Positions 58,719-64,000 of a stretch of 64,000 nucleotides of DNA are shown here, piece after piece (the stretch's first letter is position 1; the number at the start of each line of letters is the position of its first letter). Source of the stretch: Gammaproteobacteria bacterium (GTDB lineage Bacteria > Pseudomonadota > Gammaproteobacteria > Eutrophobiales > Eutrophobiaceae). The translations under genes and the position numbers were made by a program. The notes below the pieces were generated by a model. That model saw nothing but the letters and a program-made list of their open reading frames with translations, was not told the origin of the DNA and ran no database searches. The stretch lies in the NCBI GenBank assembly GCA_965116495.1, contig OZ220696.1, forward strand, positions 1,184,001 to 1,248,000, in the 5' to 3' direction.

Positions 58719-59477
58719 TTATGACTCTGTTGGGGTCATCGTCGTCAATATTTTTTTCTGTTTTCGCATGGATTCTCCCTTGAGGTTGATTTTGTAAGCA
58801 TTGTGCACCAAGCGGTCGAGGATGGCATCGGCGAGGGTGGGGTCGCCGATACTGTCATGCCATTTTTCGGGCGGTAATTGACTGGTAGCGAGGGTGGAGC
58901 GTGCGCCGTGGCGGTCTTCCAGGATTTCCAGCAGGTCACGGCGCTGCTCTGCGTTCAGTTTGACCAGGCCCCAGTCATCGAGGATGAGGACCTGGGTTCT
59001 CGCCAGGGTGGACAGGAGTTTAGGGTAGCGTCCGTCCCCTTTGGCGATAGTCATGTCCTGGAGGAGTCTGGGCAGGCGCAGGTAGAGGGCGGTGTGGCCC
59101 ACTCGGCAGGCGCTGTGCGCCAGGGCGCAGGCGAGCCAGGTTTTGCCGACGCCGGTGGGGCCGGTGATGAGGATATTGAGGTGTTCCCTGACCCACTGGC
59201 AGGTGGCCAGTGATTGCATCAGGGATTTATCCAGTCCGCGCGGGTGGTGATAGTCGATATCCTCCAGGGCGGCATTGTGTTTGAGGCGGGCGCGGCGCAA
59301 CCGGTTGGAAGTGCGCCGGTTGTCCCGCTCGGTGAGCTCCCGGTCGACGAGCAGGCCGAGGCGTTCCTCGAAGCTGAGCGTGTCGATATCGGGCAGGGTC
59401 ATTTGCTCGGTGAGCGCGGCAACCATACCGGTGCACTTCAGGGTGTGGAGTTTATCCAGGGTGGGATGTGTCAACAT
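58719..59477 (-). CDS. istB: IS21 helper ATPase IstB
   Basis: GPTGVGKT Walker A, LILDDWG, TSQ, ADAILDRLVH. Confidence 0.95.
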   Translation of the reverse strand: MLTHPTLDKLHTLKCTGMVAALTEQMTLPDIDTLSFEERLGLLVDRELTERDNRRTSNRLRRARLKHNAALEDIDYHHPRGLDKSLMQSLATCQWVREHLNILITGPTGVGKTWLACALAHSACRVGHTALYLRLPRLLQDMTIAKGDGRYPKLLSTLARTQVLILDDWGLVKLNAEQRRDLLEILEDRHGARSTLATSQLPPEKWHDSIGDPTLADAILDRLVHNAYKINLKGESMRKQKKILTTMTPTES

Positions 59478-59496
59478 AGTGCTCTCCTGTTGTGGA

Positions 59497-61038
59497 TCAG
59501 TGGTAGTAGGATGGGCCACGCAGATTGTCGTGGTCATCAGGCAAGTCCGCCTCGGTCTGTTCGGCAAGGGGTTGCCGGTCGAGGCCGTGGCGGAGGATGG
59601 ATTCGAGACTCTTGTAGCTGTGGCTGCCCAGGGTGAGGGCGCGTTGGCAGGCGGCCTCCAGCCGGTCATTGCCATAGGTTTTGCCAAGACGCAGAATGCC
59701 TAAACAGCTGCGGTAGGCCTGCTGGGGGTGCTTGCGGGCAGACAGGACACGGAGGATAAGGGTTTCTGTGGCCGGCCCGACCTGCGCGGCCCAGCGGCCC
59801 AGGCGTTGCGGAGACCACTCGCCGGCCTGGCGGTGTGCCTCGGGCATGTGGGCCGTGACGGTGGTATGGCGCGCCTTGTGGCAGGAGCGCCGATGGCTGG
59901 CGATGCGTTGTCCACGGTGGAAACACTCAATGGTGTTGGCGGTGATGCGCACGTCCACTTGTTTTTTGATGAGCGCATGGGGCACGGAGTAGTAATGGCC
60001 ATGGACCTCGACGTGATAGTCGATATGGACCCGTGCCTGCTTCCACTCGGCGTATTCGTACGGCTCGACGGGCAGGGGGCGCAGGGCCGGTTTGTCCAGT
60101 TGCTCAAACAGGGTGCGCCGGGTGCCCGGCAGTTTCTTGAAGGGCCGGTTGTTGAGCGTCTCAAGCAACGCCCGGATGGCCCGGTTCAACTCGGCCAGGG
60201 AGAAGCACTGACGCCGGCGCAGCGCGGCGAGGATCCAGCGCTCCACCACCTGGACTGCGACCTCTGCTTTCGCTTTGTCACGGGGGCGCCGCACCCGCGC
60301 CGGGACGATAGCGACCCCGTAATGGGCGGCCAGGTCCTGGTAGGTGGGGTTGATATCCGGCTCATACCGGTGTGCCCTGGCAACGCCTGCGCGTAAATTG
60401 TCGGGCACCACCACCGCCGGCACACCACCGAAGTAGTCAAAACAGCGCACGTGGGCGCCGGTCCAGTCTGCCAGTCCCTGGGTCCAGGTGGCCTCGGCAT
60501 AGGTGTAGTTCGATGCACCCAGCGCTGCCACAAACACCTCTGCCTCACGCACCTCCCCGGTCGCCGGGTTGATGACCTGGGCACGCATACCGGCATAATC
60601 CACGAACAGCTTCTCACCGGCCCGGTGACTCTGGCGCATCACCAGGTCCAGCTTGCCGGCCCAGGCCCGGTACTGCCGGCAGAACCAAGTGTACTGATAC
60701 CCGTGCGGGTAAGTCTGGCGATACTCATGCCATAACAACTGCAGGGTGACGCCCGGGCGTTTCAACTCCCGATGAACTTCTGACCAATCGGGCATGCCGC
60801 GGGCCGCAGCGGGCACGGCCGGGGTGGGCGGAAACAGCAGACGCTCCAGCGCCCCGTCATCCAGCTCAACCGGCAACGGCCAACCCAGCCCGGCCGCCTC
60901 GGCCCGGCGCAGGTACGCATCCACCGCCGGACGGGAAAGGCCACAACTCCTGGCGGTCTGGCGTTTACTCAGGCCCTGGCCCCAACACAGGCGTAATACT
61001 TCTTTTATCTTTCTCATGGACAACCTCTTTGCGGGCAT
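59497..61038 (-). CDS. istA: IS21 transposase IstA
   Basis: [38 protein letters not shown]. Confidence 0.95.
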   Translation of the reverse strand: MPAKRLSMRKIKEVLRLCWGQGLSKRQTARSCGLSRPAVDAYLRRAEAAGLGWPLPVELDDGALERLLFPPTPAVPAAARGMPDWSEVHRELKRPGVTLQLLWHEYRQTYPHGYQYTWFCRQYRAWAGKLDLVMRQSHRAGEKLFVDYAGMRAQVINPATGEVREAEVFVAALGASNYTYAEATWTQGLADWTGAHVRCFDYFGGVPAVVVPDNLRAGVARAHRYEPDINPTYQDLAAHYGVAIVPARVRRPRDKAKAEVAVQVVERWILAALRRRQCFSLAELNRAIRALLETLNNRPFKKLPGTRRTLFEQLDKPALRPLPVEPYEYAEWKQARVHIDYHVEVHGHYYSVPHALIKKQVDVRITANTIECFHRGQRIASHRRSCHKARHTTVTAHMPEAHRQAGEWSPQRLGRWAAQVGPATETLILRVLSARKHPQQAYRSCLGILRLGKTYGNDRLEAACQRALTLGSHSYKSLESILRHGLDRQPLAEQTEADLPDDHDNLRGPSYYH

Positions 61039-61123
61039 CTGTGTCTCCTCCTTTCAGTAGAAATAAGGACACAGGATACCCGTGGTTATCCACGTCAAAC
61101 GCGCCGGCTATCTACCTCCCTGG

Positions 61124-61210
61124 GGGTGGCAGCTTTGCCGTGTAATGGGTGGCAGCTTTCGTGTGTAATGGGTGGCAGCTTTGCCGTATAATCGGTGGCA
61201 GCTTTGCCGT
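61124..61210. repeat. Four ~23-bp subterminal tandem repeats of IS21
   Basis: GGTGGCAGCTTT...GT(G/A)TAAT units with 23-bp period. Confidence 0.9.
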
Positions 61211-61414
61211 GAAATACGCAGTTATCATCCAGCAATTGGCTGTTTTATTCCAATAGACCGGGTCATATTCACGCAATTCATCCAAAAGTGTCAGGAACTC
61301 ATTTCCCATTTCTGCAGGCCCTGCTGAAAGATTGATATCAAAAACACCTTCATTTGTGCGCATAGAAAACTCCACTTAACTGGGTTAACACATCCGACAT
61401 CAAAAATTAGTATG

Positions 61415-61498
61415 GATATACGTACAACAGCCTCTTGACCTGCGCAAGAGCATATAATAGGTTTATATCGATTGCTATACTAGCATATGCTATAAGGA
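61415..61498. promoter_or_regulatory. Duplicated ~80-bp regulatory element, copy 2
   Basis: CTCTTG-N7-CAAGAG and TGCTATACTAGCATATGCTA between divergent P450 and dehydrogenase genes. Confidence 0.75.
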
Positions 61499-61602
61499 TA
61501 AAGGCCGATGAAAAGGCAGCTAATGTTGCGGGTGCATTGCATTCACCTGCTAAAACCAGTTATATTTCAGAAAAAACAATCGGTTACGCGGGAGGATATA
61601 GC

Positions 61603-62493
61603 GTGGAAAGAGTAGGTTTTATAGGCGTGGGTATGATGGGAGGCGCTATCGCTGCGCGAATGATCGAAAACGGGGTGCCCGTGCTGGCCTACGACAACAA
61701 TCCCGGTACACTCAAGGCAGTGGCATCCAGCGGGGTGACACCCGCAGCATCCGTCAAGGAAGTTGCTGATAATGTTGAAATTATATTTGCCTGCCTGCCG
61801 GACGCAGGGATCTGCCGTAGCGTCGCGCTGGACCCCGGCGGCATCGCCGATGGTGACAGGGTGACAATTTATATCGAGACCTCCACCATGGGTGGTGAAG
61901 CGGTCATCGAAATTGCCGAAGGCCTCGCGAAACGCGGCATTACCCTGCTTGACTCACCAATCGTCGGTGGCGTACCGGCCCTGGAGGCCGGCACACTGGG
62001 CGTACTGGCCTCCGGGCCCGCAAAGGCCTTTGAACAAGCGAAATATGCGCTGGAAACGTTTGCCGGACGACTGTTTCACCTCGGAGAACAGGCCGGCATG
62101 GGACAGGCCGGAAAAGTGGTGAACAACTCCGTTGCCTACGCGGCCTTACTGGCCACCTGCGAGGCCGTTGCCGTCGGGATGAAAGCGGGCTTAAGCATGC
62201 AAACGGCCGTCGACATTATCAATCAGGGCAGTGGCGCGAATTTCTTTTCCCAAATTGTTGTTCCCAATTTCATACTGCAGGGAAAATTCGAAGGCACCGG
62301 TGCAGTCGAAATCGGCGTGAAGGACGTCAAGCTGTTCCTCGCTGAGGCAGCGCGGCTGGGCATCGACCCGCCGGTGGCCAACGCAGTATCCGCCCTTCAG
62401 AAAGCAGTTGTCGAGTCCGGCCCCCCCGGACGGGACACCATGACCTACTTCCACTATTTCAGTGACCTGGCGGGTTTGCCTCGCCAGGGTTAA
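61603..62493 (+). CDS. 3-hydroxyisobutyrate dehydrogenase-family NAD(P)-dependent oxidoreductase
   Basis: VGFIGVGMMG, DSPIVGG, KVVNN, KD; GGAGG RBS before the GTG. Confidence 0.9.
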   Translation: MERVGFIGVGMMGGAIAARMIENGVPVLAYDNNPGTLKAVASSGVTPAASVKEVADNVEIIFACLPDAGICRSVALDPGGIADGDRVTIYIETSTMGGEAVIEIAEGLAKRGITLLDSPIVGGVPALEAGTLGVLASGPAKAFEQAKYALETFAGRLFHLGEQAGMGQAGKVVNNSVAYAALLATCEAVAVGMKAGLSMQTAVDIINQGSGANFFSQIVVPNFILQGKFEGTGAVEIGVKDVKLFLAEAARLGIDPPVANAVSALQKAVVESGPPGRDTMTYFHYFSDLAGLPRQG

Positions 62494-62504
62494 CGTTGTA
62501 GCGT

Positions 62505-62798
62505 CTAGTCCAGCCCTTCAGCCAGTACGAACTGGACCTCGGCAGCATCTATCCGCGTATCCTTCGCTTCACTGTACTCAGGACTGTTATACCAGTTTAC
62601 AGCCTGTTCATAACTGGGAAATTTGTACACGATTACGCAAACGCCCTGTTTACCTTCAACGAACTGCTGATTGCCCCTCGATGTAACGAGCGCTTCCCCG
62701 CCAAACTGCTTTATAATCGGCACAGCCGCTTCACGGTACAACTGCAGTTTCTCGATATCGTTGATACCTTGTATCGTTACTATTGCATAACCTGCCAT
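62505..62798 (-). CDS. DUF1330 domain protein
   Basis: Y......I.QFGG...EG...FPSYEQAVNWYNSPEY...R. Confidence 0.88.
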   Translation of the reverse strand: MAGYAIVTIQGINDIEKLQLYREAAVPIIKQFGGEALVTSRGNQQFVEGKQGVCVIVYKFPSYEQAVNWYNSPEYSEAKDTRIDAAEVQFVLAEGLD

Positions 62799-62828
62799 TC
62801 TCATTTCTCCTGCAAGGTTTGACAAACT

Positions 62829-63710
62829 CTATGCATCACTGCTTCTTCCTGAGCCGATGAATATCAGGATAAATGCCGTGGACATCATGACCAGGCTGTA
62901 AACACTCGGGACCACGGCCCACTCAGGTTGCTCCAGGATATTCAGTGCGATCATGGCGCCCAATGCGACATTCTGGATACCGACTTCGATAGCAACGGTG
63001 AGCCGTCGTACTCTATCCAGACCAAATGCAAAAGCCAGCGCATACCCGCCCAGTAAGGTTGCAAGGTTGAAGACCAGCAGCAAAGACCAGAGACGATTCA
63101 GGTTTTGCATGAAGAAGTCAAATTCCAGCGCCACCGACCCAATGAGTAATACCAGCAGGATGAGAATACCCGCACCCCGCATCCAGCGGTCAGATCTGAC
63201 TGCAAAGCCGCGCACATATCGGCGCACCGCCATCCCGGCCAGCAGCGGAACAAATACCAGTACGAGCAATTGTATTACAGTGCTCCGGACAGGCAACGCA
63301 ACTATGTCTGCTTCACCTGCCACCTGCCGCGCACTCTGGAGAAGGTCCAGTCCAAAATGCAGCACCAGTGGTACGGTGACCAGGGCCAGGATACTGGACA
63401 TGGCTGTCAGCGTGACCGACAGGGGGATATCCGCACGGGCGAGATAGGAGACCGTATTGGAAACGACACCCCCCGGGCACACCGCCAGGATAAGAACACC
63501 AGCAGAAACGGCCAGCGGGAGTGACGTGCCGTAAAGCAGCACTATGGCAATGGCGGGTAACAATACAAACTGGCCAAACAAACCCACGAAAACCGCGCGC
63601 GGATAACGTACTACCCTGCGCCAGTCTTCGGGCACGAGTTGCATACCCATACCAAACATCAGAAGTATCAACCCTGAAGGCACAAAGATTTTATAGATCG
63701 ATTCCAGCAT
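62829..63710 (-). CDS. Bile acid:sodium symporter (BASS) family transporter
   Basis: MFGMG, GQFVLLP, CPGGVVSN, EVGIQN. Confidence 0.92.
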   Translation of the reverse strand: MLESIYKIFVPSGLILLMFGMGMQLVPEDWRRVVRYPRAVFVGLFGQFVLLPAIAIVLLYGTSLPLAVSAGVLILAVCPGGVVSNTVSYLARADIPLSVTLTAMSSILALVTVPLVLHFGLDLLQSARQVAGEADIVALPVRSTVIQLLVLVFVPLLAGMAVRRYVRGFAVRSDRWMRGAGILILLVLLIGSVALEFDFFMQNLNRLWSLLLVFNLATLLGGYALAFAFGLDRVRRLTVAIEVGIQNVALGAMIALNILEQPEWAVVPSVYSLVMMSTAFILIFIGSGRSSDA

Positions 63711-63834
63711 ATATTGTCGCCCATCGTGTGGTTGCAGACTTTGTATTAATTCCGGCTTGCAGGTTTCCAACAATAAGTTTATTGTAGCATGTGCTATATT
63801 CGTTACAACCCGTGAGGCCGGGAGAAAAAATCAA

Positions 63835-64000
63835 GTGAGCCGTTCTGCATCAGTACTGGAGGGTCTTTCTGTTGCCGATTTCGGGCTGGGCATGCCGGCC
63901 GCCCTGGTGTGCAAGTTCCTGCGGGAGGCCGGCGCAAAGATCAGCCGGATTGAACCCCCGGCGGGCGACCCGTTCTACGACATTTACCCGGCTTACCAGG
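63835..64000 (+). CDS. CaiB/BaiF CoA-transferase (5' part only)
   Basis: Manual: VLEGLSVADFGLGMPAALVCKFLREAGAKISRIEPPAGDPF. Confidence 0.8.
   Translation, partial: MSRSASVLEGLSVADFGLGMPAALVCKFLREAGAKISRIEPPAGDPFYDIYPAYQ

Larger units (their letters stand above)
58616..61220 (-). mobile_element. IS21-family insertion sequence
   Basis: Terminal inverted repeats TGCGTATTTCAC / GTGAAATACGCA; 8-bp target duplication GTTATCAT (58608-58615, 61221-61228); subterminal GGTGGCAG repeats. Confidence 0.95.
57500..61363 (-). pseudogene. Cytochrome P450 interrupted by IS21
   Basis: N-part MRTNEG...PVYW...WMIT (61363-61221) rejoins RHQDV... to give 416 aa with AGHEST and FAPGVHHCVG. Confidence 0.92.

Noticed and set aside
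58719-59687. 322-aa IstB or an IstA-IstB frameshift fusion
   Set aside because: A typical IstB start (MLTHPT) with RBS is at 59477; the upstream extension is an alternative frame of istA with no obvious slippery site
61124-61210. Regular 23-bp repeats resembling a mini CRISPR array or iterons
   Set aside because: No unique spacers; they lie inside the IS21 end and are mirrored by TGCCACCC repeats at the other end, as is normal for IS21

Overview
The window looks like accessory DNA from a proteobacterial chromosome; the mix of TonB receptors, TPR-sulfotransferases, P450s, an RTX protein and dense toxin-antitoxin (TA) modules is suggestive of a marine host-associated gammaproteobacterium, but that is inference. 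It has four blocks. (1) ~0.8-21 kb: a TonB-receptor/MFS-centred enzyme cluster with two guanidino-modifying enzymes, two LLM oxidoreductases, two TPR-sulfotransferases, a P450, SnoaL-type proteins and a Rieske-type oxygenase. Several of these have non-canonical catalytic motifs, and three divergent promoters share an operator-like motif. (2) ~22-40.5 kb: a mobile/defence hot spot with an orphan DNA methyltransferase, a transposase-less 653-bp cassette bounded by perfect 23-bp inverted repeats, a RadC-like gene, HipBA, an RTX metalloprotease, four RelE/HigB-HTH pairs, three AbiE-type pairs, tRNA-derived att sites, an integrase stub and IS scars. (3) ~40.6-49.8 kb: DUF3604 hydrolase divergent from a TetR-MMPL-DUF1329-outer-membrane-protein operon that is interrupted by an IS1634 element. 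(4) ~50-64 kb: a P450/acyl-CoA/TonB-receptor catabolic region with a duplicated ~80-bp regulatory element and an IS21 inserted in one P450. No rRNA, complete tRNA or CRISPR array was seen. All calls come from motif recognition by eye; no database searches were run.
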